A stretch of 26,717 bases of DNA from Ignisphaera sp. (lineage in GTDB: Archaea > Thermoproteota > Thermoprotei_A > Sulfolobales > Ignisphaeraceae), in the NCBI GenBank assembly GCA_038889075.1, contig JAWAHS010000011.1, forward strand, positions 25,385-52,101, given 5' to 3'. Shown here piece by piece: positions 1 through 9,363 of this stretch; positions within the stretch are counted from its first letter, which is position 1; every line of letters starts with the position of its first letter. The notes beneath the pieces were generated by a model, which worked only from the letters and a program-made list of their open reading frames with translations, did not search any database and was not told the DNA's origin. The position numbers were made by a program, and so were the translations under genes.

Positions 1-158
1 GCCGTCTCTGCAGCTCGGCAGAGAAAAGATTATGGATATCCTCTATGTTTAATTATGTATACATGGCCGCTGGTATAATGCTGCAGAGAAAAGGTTAATG
101 ACTAGAATAGGCCATTATCAATACAGCTTATTAGGTACATTGTGAAGATAGTATAATT

Positions 159-476
159 GGTGTGCAGGTAGGACTAGGGGGCTCGCCCTCCCCTGTACCC
201 GAAATGGGCGTATGCGGGGGTCAGTAACCCTGTTAACGGATCTGTAGAGTCCGTAGATGGAGATCGGTACCACTATGACCCTCGCCCTGTGGGGCTGGCG
301 ATGGTGGAGCTGCCTCTGGAGGGAGGCGGCTACCACCTTTGCAGGGGGAAAGTGGCCAGGCCCGGAAGGGAGCAACCTAACCCCTGGCGCCAGCGTTCAC
401 AGGTCAACGAGGTGAGGCTCGGTGCCGATCCTCTGTCTACGGACTCTATAGATTCGTTAACAGGGGGCTGCACACC
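159..476 (+). ncRNA. ffs: Archaeal SRP (7S) RNA
   Basis: Helix-8 signature GCCAGGCCCGGAAGGGAGCAAC at ~355-376; terminal helix GGTGTGCAG (159-167) pairs with CTGCACACC (468-476); long helix 228-271/421-465; TATA-like CTTATTA ~30 nt upstream; 318 nt. Confidence 0.93.
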
Positions 477-550
477 GTCTCTGAAGTAGATTCATGGTGT
501 CGTTGAATTTATCTGTTTTATGGTTGCTGTATTGTGGGTGTGGTGTAGGG

Positions 551-1606
551 ATGCGTATAGAGGTTATCGATGGTAAGCATGGTATAGTTAAGGTTAGGGT
601 TGATTCTGAGGATGATTTATGGCTGTTGAGTTTGCTGGTGTCTAGGGGGGATCTCGTCAAATCTGTTACATCTAGAGATGTTAGTATGGGTGAGGAGAAG
701 AGGAGGATTCCGATGATTCTAACTATCAGTGTTGAGAAGCTCGAATTTCAAGCATTTACTAATAGGCTTAGGATACACGGTATTGTTGTTGATGGTCCTG
801 AGAGATTTGGTGTTAAGGGTTCTCATCACACAATTTCAGTTGGTATTGGCGATGAGATTACGCTGTATAAGGGTGTCTGGAGCCCTAAGCTATTGGATGA
901 ATTTCTAAAACTTGTTAGACCTATAAAGCTTATTCTAGTAGCTGTAGATTTTGATGAGTATAGCATAGCATTGGTTCAGAGTCAGGGTATGAAGATCGTT
1001 GATGAGAAGACCATCTCGCTTCCTATTAGTGGCGAGGGGTTTGAGGAGGCTAAGGAAAGGGAGTTGAAGGAACTGGCTAGGAGAATTGTTGAAGCTGTTA
1101 AGAGATTCGGCATCAATACGGTGGTCATAGCATCTCCTGGTAGTATAAAGAATGAGCTTAAGAACTATGTAGAAGGGCTGTACCAAAATATACATGTATA
1201 CATCGATACGGTTGCGAATGGTGGATATGCTGGTCTACAGGAGCTTCTAAATAGAGATATTGTAAGAAGAATACTTAGAGATGTAGCTATCTCAGAAGCT
1301 GGGGAGATGCTCTCAGAATTCGATTATCTACTAGCTAAGGATATAAATAGAGTTGCCTATGGTTTGGAAAGTATAGAGCTTGCAGTAGCGATGGGTGCTA
1401 TAGAAAAGCTTGCTATAGTTGATGATATGCTCAGCAGCTTTGACGATACGAAAGATAGAGTTGAGAAGATTTTAAGAATAGCAGCTGAGAAGAATGCTAA
1501 AATAGTAATAGTACCCTCGGATACACCACCGGGGCAAAGGATAAGGATGTTAGGAGGAGCTATAGCAATACTTAGATACAGTGTAGAATTAGATAAGATA
1601 GAGTAG
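551..1606 (+). CDS. pelA: Pelota/Dom34 ribosome rescue protein
   Basis: Motifs EDDLWLL..GD.V...T.R, RLRIHG.VVDGPE...G.HHT, VAYG, GGAIAILRY. ATG at 551 after GGTG SD preferred over ORF-track start 494. Confidence 0.95.
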   Translation: MRIEVIDGKHGIVKVRVDSEDDLWLLSLLVSRGDLVKSVTSRDVSMGEEKRRIPMILTISVEKLEFQAFTNRLRIHGIVVDGPERFGVKGSHHTISVGIGDEITLYKGVWSPKLLDEFLKLVRPIKLILVAVDFDEYSIALVQSQGMKIVDEKTISLPISGEGFEEAKERELKELARRIVEAVKRFGINTVVIASPGSIKNELKNYVEGLYQNIHVYIDTVANGGYAGLQELLNRDIVRRILRDVAISEAGEMLSEFDYLLAKDINRVAYGLESIELAVAMGAIEKLAIVDDMLSSFDDTKDRVEKILRIAAEKNAKIVIVPSDTPPGQRIRMLGGAIAILRYSVELDKIE

Positions 1607-2815
1607 ATTGAAATAGCGAATAGCGGTAGCTACACTTATCTAGCAGCACCTACTTAGCATATATATGTTCCGATAACCATTAACCATAGTAGATAGCTCT
1701 GTATATAGATAGCTAGAACTGTTCCACGATCAGCATATTATAGAGGCCCGCATCCTATATAGAGATAGGGTTGTGAAGCATCCCAATACAGTCTAGATAC
1801 CTCTAAACCGTAAACAATACATGGATCAGCAATTCTGCCCAGTCAACTATACAATAAATAGACCGAACCATAGCTACCTTATACGATTTCTAGACCATCC
1901 ATCCAGTAGCATTTTAAGAAGCTACAGCGAACTCTACATAATGAATATACATAACTAAATGATAAAGAGGCGGACCTCTCTATACTATCTACAGTATGAT
2001 GGTAGGGAAGTATACGCTATAGGGAGAAGGTACACTAGCAGATAGAGCAGTTGATGTATCGATAAGTTGAATTTGAGAAAATAACTACTTTAGACTCTAT
2101 TAGGATGTGCTAGATCACATATGCTGGAATTTATGAGGAGATGCAATGCAGATTTATAATGGTATAGAATACAGTATTGTGTATGTAGAGATCTTAGGTA
2201 GCTAGAGGAGATTTTAGGTTTATGTAGCAGAGCTACTCTGATGCAGCTCACGAACTCCATTAGGTTTGCTTAAATCTACTTATGTATGGTTAAGCACCAC
2301 TTAACTTCACCAATAAACTATGGCTACTCCAGAGAAGCATTAGATGACACCGTGCGCTACCCATCAGGTGTAATATTCTGAAGAGGTCCCATTTAAGTGA
2401 TGTGGAGCCCATCGGTTTCCAATATTCTATTTGCAGTACAGAGTCTATTTACCATGCACCAAATTATCTATATAGAGAATGTCTATATTCTCTACATAGA
2501 TGTGTTCCAGTAGATTGAAACTCTCGATCACTATACGATTCACCATTCCAAATCATAGTAGATACTCTAGTAGATCTAATTGTATACGTAGCACATCTTC
2601 AGAGTTTTACCCCTAGATCTAGCACCTCTGTATAGAATTCTCAATAAACTGCCACACTGCTACGCTTAATTATAGAAACGATCGTAGATGCAGTATCTAT
2701 GTGGTGGTGTATGCACTGGTTGGTGGATCTATCCATATCTTTACCAGTTCATAGAGCGGTATCCTAATTTAGATTTTTAATTGTTTTGCTGATTACATAC
2801 TCCTGTGGTGTTTTT

Positions 2816-3493
2816 ATGGATGGAGGTGTGTTGCTCAAGGTCTCTGGCAAGATTATAAATCCTGATAAACCGGATGCTGTAAAGGGGTATGCAGAGGTTG
2901 TTAGGGAGGTTATATCCAGAGGATATAGAGTTGCTGTAGTAGTTGGTGGAGGACCATATGCACGAAGCTATATATCGTGTTCAAAAACTATTGGATTGAC
3001 CCAGGCACAATCTGATATGCTTGGTATAGAGATATCTAGAGTAAATGCACTTCTACTTGCATATGCTATAGGTGAAGGTGTGTATCTACCAGTGCCTAGG
3101 GGTATAGAGGAGGTTGAAAAGGCGTGGAGTATGGGTAGAGTTGTTGTTTTGGGAGGTCTTCAACCGGGGCAGTCAACAGCAGCTGTAGCTGCTATAGTTG
3201 CAGAGATTCTGGGGATTAGGAGGATACTGTATGCGACGGATGTCGATGGTATATACGATAGGGATCCTAAGGTGTATAGAGATGCTAGAAAGCTCGATAT
3301 CGTCTCACTGGATGAGCTACCGAAGGTTTTAAGCCAGAGATTTGAAGCAGGGGGCTATGAGCTTCTAGATCCGCTAGCAATATCCATCATTAGACGGAGC
3401 TGTATAGAGGTTACGGTATTCAATGGTCTACATCCATACAATGTTTATAGAGCGCTAGAGGGTTCTATTGGCACTAAGGTTAAGCCGTGTTAG
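2816..3493 (+). CDS. pyrH: Uridylate (UMP) kinase
   Basis: LKVSGK, VVVGGG..AR.YI, GGLQPGQST, ATDVDGIYDRDP; ATG 2816 follows GGTG SD (ORF track starts 2786). Confidence 0.93.
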   Translation: MDGGVLLKVSGKIINPDKPDAVKGYAEVVREVISRGYRVAVVVGGGPYARSYISCSKTIGLTQAQSDMLGIEISRVNALLLAYAIGEGVYLPVPRGIEEVEKAWSMGRVVVLGGLQPGQSTAAVAAIVAEILGIRRILYATDVDGIYDRDPKVYRDARKLDIVSLDELPKVLSQRFEAGGYELLDPLAISIIRRSCIEVTVFNGLHPYNVYRALEGSIGTKVKPC

Positions 3494-3570
3494 AAAAGCT
3501 TGGACTAAAGATAAAATATGCTTATAGCTCTTCTGAGGAATACATAGGGATAGCGGTTCGTATGCAATCT

Positions 3571-3630
3571 GTGGATGATGTTAATCCCGACCGCTCCTGA
3601 TTTGGTGAGGATGCGGTGGCTGTCTGACAT
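3571..3630 (+). ncRNA. Box C/D guide sRNA (candidate)
   Basis: C ATGATGT 3575-3581, D' CTGA 3597-3600, C' GTGAGGA 3605-3611, D CTGA 3624-3627; intergenic, ~55 nt. Confidence 0.75.
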
Positions 3631-3650
3631 GCTATGATCTAGGTGGATCT

Positions 3651-4811
3651 ATGATATTTTTAGTGACGTGTGATACAGGATTCGAAAACATCTTAGCCAA
3701 CGAACTTGTAGAGCTCACTAACGGTTCCGTAGGGCAGATCTCCAGTGGTAGGGTGTTCATAGAGGTATCCAGCAGTAGAGTTATCGATATCCTTAGATCT
3801 AGGACTGCTAATAATATGTACATGCTTATCGGTATCTATAATGGTATTACAAGGTTGGAGGAGATATACAATGTTATTAGAGGGCTGGAGTTTAGAGAGT
3901 TTATCAATCCTATGCAGAGTTTTGCAATAAGATCCGAGAGGATCGGCGAACACAGTTTTACAAGTATTGATATAAGTAGGGTTGCAGGGCAGGCTGTTAT
4001 AGATAGCTACATGGCCTCTAGGAATGTGAGGCTGAAGGTAGATCTAGAGAATCCGGATATCGAGATCTACGTTGAGTTGAATAGGGATAGACTTATAGTA
4101 GGCTTTGCACTACTCAGAGCCTCAATGCATATTAGGAGGTATAGGTTGTTCACACATCCTGCAGCACTAAAACCAACTATAGCTACATCCATGCTCAGGC
4201 TAGCTAAATGGCAACCTGCAGAAGGGATTGTAGATCCTATGTGTGGAGGTGGTACAATAGTTATCGAGGCAGCCTTGATAAGTAAAGGAATAGAAATTCC
4301 GTGCATCAATATGCAGCACATTAATGTAGATATGCTAAGAAAAGTGGTAAGCACCGTAGATGAGGAGCTGGAGAAACTATGTAGAAAAACTATGGAAGGA
4401 GACTACCATCGGGCACATATAGGGGTAGATATAAACCCCAGATTCATTGAGGGATCCACAATAAATGCTAAAAATGCAGGTGTAGATGATGCAACACTTT
4501 TCCTCACAGGCGACTCAATGAAAATTATCCCAAAGATTAAACAGATCGAACACGAATTTGGAGCTGAACTCAGCATAGCGGTATTCAATCCCCCCTATGG
4601 CCATAGAATGAGATGGGGAAAGCTTAGCGAGCTATATAGAAATACCCTAGATACGTTGAAGAATGCTGGTTTTAGAAGAGCTGTCTTCATAACCTCAGCT
4701 ATAAGAACTGCTGAGAATGTTTTAGCGAATCTTCCATACATAGCTGTGGATAGAATTAGAGTTATCCACGGAACGCTACCATCCTACGTCTATATAGTTG
4801 ACTTCAGGTAG
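3651..4811 (+). CDS. trm14: THUMP-domain tRNA (guanine-6-N2) methyltransferase, Trm14-like
   Basis: THUMP segment (SFAIRSERIGEHSFTS...VDLENPD), HPAALKPTIA, SAM motif DPMCGGGT, NPPYG. Confidence 0.85.
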   Translation: MIFLVTCDTGFENILANELVELTNGSVGQISSGRVFIEVSSSRVIDILRSRTANNMYMLIGIYNGITRLEEIYNVIRGLEFREFINPMQSFAIRSERIGEHSFTSIDISRVAGQAVIDSYMASRNVRLKVDLENPDIEIYVELNRDRLIVGFALLRASMHIRRYRLFTHPAALKPTIATSMLRLAKWQPAEGIVDPMCGGGTIVIEAALISKGIEIPCINMQHINVDMLRKVVSTVDEELEKLCRKTMEGDYHRAHIGVDINPRFIEGSTINAKNAGVDDATLFLTGDSMKIIPKIKQIEHEFGAELSIAVFNPPYGHRMRWGKLSELYRNTLDTLKNAGFRRAVFITSAIRTAENVLANLPYIAVDRIRVIHGTLPSYVYIVDFR

Positions 4812-4812
4812 T

Positions 4813-4876
4813 GCATCAGCTCGTCGCAGGATCTTCATATACTCCGATTGCTGTCTGGGGCGACATCATCATCTGC
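4813..4876 (-). ncRNA. Box C/D guide sRNA (candidate)
   Basis: Minus strand: C ATGATGA (4872-4866), D' CGGA, C' ATGAAGA, D CTGA (4819-4816), short terminal stem GCA/TGC. Confidence 0.7.
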
Positions 4877-4966
4877 CGAGTACCGAATTCCGCTAAACGA
4901 GAATTACAATCACCTAATTCAAATATAAACGCTGATAATAATACAGAGCTGAATTGTATATACATT

Positions 4967-6103
4967 TCACGCATGCTTGATATAGTTTTGATAGACGTTC
5001 CAGAGGTATAGCCTCTTTGGCTCTATATCGATGTTCAACTGATCAAGGTGTATATAGAGATCCAACAGCGCCTCCTCGTCACTCTTTGCCTGCCTTGGCG
5101 GATATTTAAAGTATGGAGCCGAGGCCCAGTATGGACATCCCTTAACACCTCTATTCTTTAGAACAGCTGCTAGTCTAACAACATCCATAAGAATGGCGGA
5201 TGCCATCGCCTTATCATCAACTACGAGTTTGAGATCCATTGTAATTGGAATTCCTAGGAATCCCCTAGCCTTAATGTAGATATACGAGACTTTGGTATTT
5301 CCGAGAAACGGTATATAGCCACTGGGACCTGCAAATATATTCTGTGAAATTTCCTCAGGTTTGGGCTGTGTTGAGGCAACAGCCATAGTCTTGCTCATCT
5401 TTTTACTCGTAAGTCTTGTCTGGTCAAGCATATTCTTAAAGTCTGTATTGCCACCTACATTAAGCTGGTACGATTCGATAATCTCAGCTCCTCTCATGGC
5501 TATCAAACTCGCAAGGGTTCTATGTACTATCGTTGAACCTAGCTGTCCTTTAATATCATCACCTAGGATGGGAGCACCATTCCTTTCAAACAATTCACAG
5601 TAGCTTTCATCGCTTGCTATAAACTCTGGTATACAGTTAACAAATGCTACACCAGCTCTAGCTGCAGCTTCAGCATAGAATCTCGATGCCCTCGCACTTC
5701 CAACAGGTAGGAGATTTACCAGTACATCAACGCGTAAACTCCTCAACTCTTCAACAATGTCATCGATTTCTGGTTCTCGTAGGGATGCAGGCTGGAAATC
5801 CTCAATCATGTGGCTGGCAACACCGTCTAGAATTCTACCCATCCTAACTACAACTCCCATTCTTCCAACATCTATAAACCTCGGTACAATATTTGGCTTA
5901 GCAAATATTGCCTCAGATACGTCTCTACCAACCTTATCCCTAGATATATCGATAGCGTATACGATCCTAATATCACCGGCTCTGTAACCACCGATAGTAT
6001 CGTGTATTAGACCGACGCTGCTACCTGACTGTTTATAGTATTCTATTGCTTGAATGAACATCGTAGCAATATTTCCCATGCCTACGATACCAACTCTAAC
6101 CAT
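4967..6103 (-). CDS. ino1: Myo-inositol-1-phosphate synthase
   Basis: Rossmann GIVGMGN, LVNLLPVGS, GDDIKGQLG, YQLNVGGNTDFKNM, SKKMSKT. Confidence 0.93.
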   Translation of the reverse strand: MVRVGIVGMGNIATMFIQAIEYYKQSGSSVGLIHDTIGGYRAGDIRIVYAIDISRDKVGRDVSEAIFAKPNIVPRFIDVGRMGVVVRMGRILDGVASHMIEDFQPASLREPEIDDIVEELRSLRVDVLVNLLPVGSARASRFYAEAAARAGVAFVNCIPEFIASDESYCELFERNGAPILGDDIKGQLGSTIVHRTLASLIAMRGAEIIESYQLNVGGNTDFKNMLDQTRLTSKKMSKTMAVASTQPKPEEISQNIFAGPSGYIPFLGNTKVSYIYIKARGFLGIPITMDLKLVVDDKAMASAILMDVVRLAAVLKNRGVKGCPYWASAPYFKYPPRQAKSDEEALLDLYIHLDQLNIDIEPKRLYLWNVYQNYIKHA

Positions 6104-6207
6104 ATTTATACCCAGATATATTTCTAGTCATATATATAGTAAGGGAGATATATAAAGCTTGTCCTAGTTAGGTATAGAGAAGTAGGAATACCATAGGGTG
6201 TAGATCT

Positions 6208-6525
6208 ATAGTAGAGTCAAGAGCCTTAAAAAGATTGAAAAGAAAGATAACAGTTGAAGTACTCTGGATCTATATAGCAAAGGCGCTGAAGAATGCACAG
6301 CCCCTTAGAGCATATGAAATTAGAAAGAAGCTGAGGGAGCTATACGGATTGAGGATCTCAACAATAACCGTATACAGTGTTGTCTATAGAATGTATAGAG
6401 AGGGGCTTCTTGAAAGGACTAATGTAGGAGGTGAAAACCTATATAGATTATCTAGAAAGGGTTTGGAGGAGCTCGAAAAAGCTCTAAAACTAATAGAATC
6501 TATAGTGGATATGCTTAGAGCGTAG
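6208..6525 (+). CDS. PadR-family winged-helix transcriptional regulator (start uncertain: ATA 6208 or TTG 6235)
   Basis: LWIYI..L...P..AYEI...L......TVYSVVYRM..EGLL...Y.LS.KG; frame open upstream to stop at ~6178. Confidence 0.8.
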   Translation: MVESRALKRLKRKITVEVLWIYIAKALKNAQPLRAYEIRKKLRELYGLRISTITVYSVVYRMYREGLLERTNVGGENLYRLSRKGLEELEKALKLIESIVDMLRA

Positions 6526-6539
6526 CAGCCTGGATATAG

Positions 6540-7013
6540 CTACCTTTTATAACCCGCAAACTTTCTAATCCTTGAAAGAAGACCGGATGTTCTAAGCGGA
6601 ACTACAATGCAGCCCTCTGATGCGAAGTGCTGTAGCGACAAGGCAATCAAACTATACTTTACACAAATACTGCTACCAACAACTCTAAATATGGCTCTAT
6701 TCAGATCAGGTCTAAATGAAATTAGAGTCAAGCCACAGTCCATTTTCACCACTGGACCCAAAAAGCTGCTGATACGTTTCTCAAGATCTTCACCAAATCT
6801 CCTAATATCAATACCATCATGGCACACCATCTTCACTAATATGTATCTCTTTATCCTTCTATACCTCTTCCTAGCTATAAGAGCCAATCCAAACTCGTCA
6901 ATAAGGCTATTTAGCACATAGCGCACATCTCTATATAGGAGAACGGCTATTGCTATAGATGTCAATGATAGTATAAGTGAAGCAAGTGCTATGTATATCA
7001 ACAATGTAGTCAC
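6540..7013 (-). CDS. RNase P protein Pop5/Rpp14 with N-terminal hydrophobic helix
   Basis: RRIKRYILV and VPLRTSG..SR Pop5-like motifs; start overlaps Rpp30 stop. Confidence 0.75.
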   Translation of the reverse strand: MTTLLIYIALASLILSLTSIAIAVLLYRDVRYVLNSLIDEFGLALIARKRYRRIKRYILVKMVCHDGIDIRRFGEDLEKRISSFLGPVVKMDCGLTLISFRPDLNRAIFRVVGSSICVKYSLIALSLQHFASEGCIVVPLRTSGLLSRIRKFAGYKR

Positions 7014-7672
7014 CTATAGCTGAGCCAAGTTAGGAGAAGTTCGGTAGGATAGACCTCTATAATAAGTCTTCTCTCTCTTTTTGTGAAACCCATATAGAAC
7101 AAGATGATATCTAGGTGTGTGAGTGAAAGCAGCCTCTTTCTGTCATCAGATGCTGTAGATACTACGGTGCCTACATCCAGCTTTAGAGCTCTCTCAATTA
7201 TATTGCCAAGCATGTACAGATTCTTCTCAATGGAGGCTCTGGAGTTTGGAGCGGTAAATATCTTAAGGAAAGGCTGCATGTGGATTTCAATATATTTACT
7301 CCTTGTACTAGACTGGTGCATAAAATTGATCTGACTCTCATCAATAACCCTAATGGAGCTAGGTGTTACGACAACTACCGAAAGTCTATGTGTTTTTGCA
7401 AGTCTCCTAGCACTAGCGGTATCTATTGGACTACAGCCAGCAAGGACGGATTTAGCTACCTCAAGGCATCTCTCGAACGATTGTTCAGTAATTTCAGTGA
7501 TCTTTCTTGGGATGAGCAGTACATCCCTATCCAATCTATGTACGTCATCCGTAAAGCACTCCGCTACTACACTGCTATTAAGGCCTAGAATAGCTACATC
7601 GCTATCTATAGATGTGAGATAGAAAAGTACATCGCTGCACCTATCAAGTGCCAGAAACATGTTTGCCTTCAT
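7010..7672 (-). CDS. RNase P protein Rpp30 (divergent)
   Basis: IDESQI...YIEI..PF, VVSTAS...LLS C-terminal pattern; canonical position between COG1325 and Pop5. Confidence 0.65.
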   Translation of the reverse strand: MKANMFLALDRCSDVLFYLTSIDSDVAILGLNSSVVAECFTDDVHRLDRDVLLIPRKITEITEQSFERCLEVAKSVLAGCSPIDTASARRLAKTHRLSVVVVTPSSIRVIDESQINFMHQSSTRSKYIEIHMQPFLKIFTAPNSRASIEKNLYMLGNIIERALKLDVGTVVSTASDDRKRLLSLTHLDIILFYMGFTKRERRLIIEVYPTELLLTWLSYR

Positions 7673-8132
7673 TTCTCCTAGCCTCTGTCAACATCCTTTC
7701 TAGGAACTCTCTTACAGCATCTTCAGATCTGATCATCGAGAATGATATGGAGATCTTTATCGAATCATCGCCCTCGTATAGAACTAGGTTGCCTAGGTAC
7801 GCCTCCTGCTTATCTATTCTCAAAAACAGTTTATTGTCCTTAACATTGTATCTCATGTCCAGTGAGCTGAGGAGGTACTTTTTATCGACATCGCTAATTG
7901 ATGATAGTATGTATTCCACTACCTTATATGCATCATCTCCCTTAAACCTTGCTTCAAGCTTTACTATAGGATTGCCATGGTAGCCGTGGAGAATCTCAGT
8001 GTGAAGCTGGGTTACAGATCTCAGATCTAGGGGGATAGCGTTCATTAGTGCCTTCTTAACCTTCTCTAAATCTTCTGTAGCATGGCAGTGTGTGGATAGG
8101 ATTACCTCTGAAAGCTCTATTCTTCTAATCAT
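7644..8132 (-). CDS. COG1325/DUF54 RNA-binding protein (exosome-superoperon associated)
   Basis: HATED.EKV, GYHGNPI, LFLRIDKQEAY.G motifs; ATG 8132 after AGGTG SD. Confidence 0.88.
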   Translation of the reverse strand: MIRRIELSEVILSTHCHATEDLEKVKKALMNAIPLDLRSVTQLHTEILHGYHGNPIVKLEARFKGDDAYKVVEYILSSISDVDKKYLLSSLDMRYNVKDNKLFLRIDKQEAYLGNLVLYEGDDSIKISISFSMIRSEDAVREFLERMLTEARRNEGKHVSGT

Positions 8133-8142
8133 TGTAGTACAC

Positions 8143-9363
8143 CTATGTTGCGGCAACTATTTCTATCACATCGTTATCTTTAAGAGTATAGTCCTTCCCT
8201 ACTCTCTGTTTAGTTTTAGCATCTATTGCGTATAGAAATCTCTTACCGAGATCTGTATGAACCATGTATGCAAGCTCTATCGCCTTAGTACCCCGTGGCA
8301 CGAGGTAGGAATCAGGTAGTATATTACCTTTACTATCTGTATATGAATCGGAGTCCTCAACAGGGTATACAACAATTCTATTCAATGCATCAAATATAGC
8401 TCTATTCAATGTTTGCTGAACGCCTGTTCCTCCAAACTCCTTCAATATTCTATTAATGCTCTCCAATACCCTCAATTGTTGCTGTGTAACGCCAGTCGCA
8501 TCCGTGATCTTAAATGACGGATCACCCGGTATGTACTCTATTATTTTCTTTTCGGCTGCTTTCCTAAGTATAAGTTCACCTAGAGCAGAGACAGGAACTA
8601 TAATTCTATCAGGCAGAGCCCTTCTCATCTCTTTTAAAACATCTACAGCCTCGGGAATATCGATTTTATTAGCAGCAATTATAATAGGCTTCGCTACAAT
8701 CCTTAGATTGTGTATAAACATCCTGAGCTCCTCATCCCTCCAACTAGATGGCTTTACGTTTTCAAGCTTTGAGAGTGCTAGAGCCTTAACAACGTGCTCC
8801 CTTGTTATAGAGAGTCCAGAGAGTCTCTGGGCAAGCGAATCCACAACCTGTCCAGGATTCAGGTGATCGAGACCTCTAGAGAATCTGGGCCAGTCACGCG
8901 AAATTATACCATACATCCACTCCTCGTATTCGTATTCAATGGTTAGAACATCGTCTATAGGGTTTCTGAAGCCAGGCTTTACAGGTCTGCCATCCTCATC
9001 AGTCGAACCCGAAGCATCCACAACGTGTATCAATGCATCTGCTTGTCTGATAGAGTCTAGGAATCTGTTTCCGAGACCTCTACCCTTATGTGCGTCTTTA
9101 ACCAGACCTGGTAAATCTACCAATACTATTGGAATGAAACGCTCTCCATTTATACATATGGATGTAACAGGGGTACACCTAGGGAGACCGAGTTCCCTAT
9201 GAATGCACGTCTTGCGTACATATGCTATACCTGTATTAGGCTCCATTGTTACAAAGGGTCTGTTCTCAATTTTTACAGTAATCAGTGTAGCTGCAGAGAA
9301 GAATGTTGATTTACCAACATTTGTCTTACCAAGTAAGCCTATGTAGATCTTTGGTGGAGCAAT
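8143..9363 (-). CDS. Obg/YchF-family translation-associated GTPase/ATPase (COG0012), ~406 aa with probable ATT start
   Basis: G1 GKTNVGKST and G2 RPFVT lie in frame upstream of ORF-track start 9246; DLPGL, NKID, C-terminal TGS (AYMVHTDL). Confidence 0.92.
   Translation of the reverse strand: MAPPKIYIGLLGKTNVGKSTFFSAATLITVKIENRPFVTMEPNTGIAYVRKTCIHRELGLPRCTPVTSICINGERFIPIVLVDLPGLVKDAHKGRGLGNRFLDSIRQADALIHVVDASGSTDEDGRPVKPGFRNPIDDVLTIEYEYEEWMYGIISRDWPRFSRGLDHLNPGQVVDSLAQRLSGLSITREHVVKALALSKLENVKPSSWRDEELRMFIHNLRIVAKPIIIAANKIDIPEAVDVLKEMRRALPDRIIVPVSALGELILRKAAEKKIIEYIPGDPSFKITDATGVTQQQLRVLESINRILKEFGGTGVQQTLNRAIFDALNRIVVYPVEDSDSYTDSKGNILPDSYLVPRGTKAIELAYMVHTDLGKRFLYAIDAKTKQRVGKDYTLKDNDVIEIVAAT

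Noticed and set aside
1-100. Possible 3' end of an upstream gene; 11-nt repeat GCAGAGAAAAG
   Set aside because: Too short to assign frame or function.
118-660. Short ORFs 118-375, 289-489 and 457-660
   Set aside because: They overlap the SRP RNA or pelota; shadow ORFs with no recognisable motifs.
1607-2521. CRISPR-like ends ATTGAAA at 1607 and 2514
   Set aside because: Only isolated 7-mers ~900 nt apart; no periodic repeat-spacer array.
4811-5011. 66-aa ORF after trm14
   Set aside because: It overlaps the minus-strand C/D sRNA and the ino1 3' end; no homology cues.
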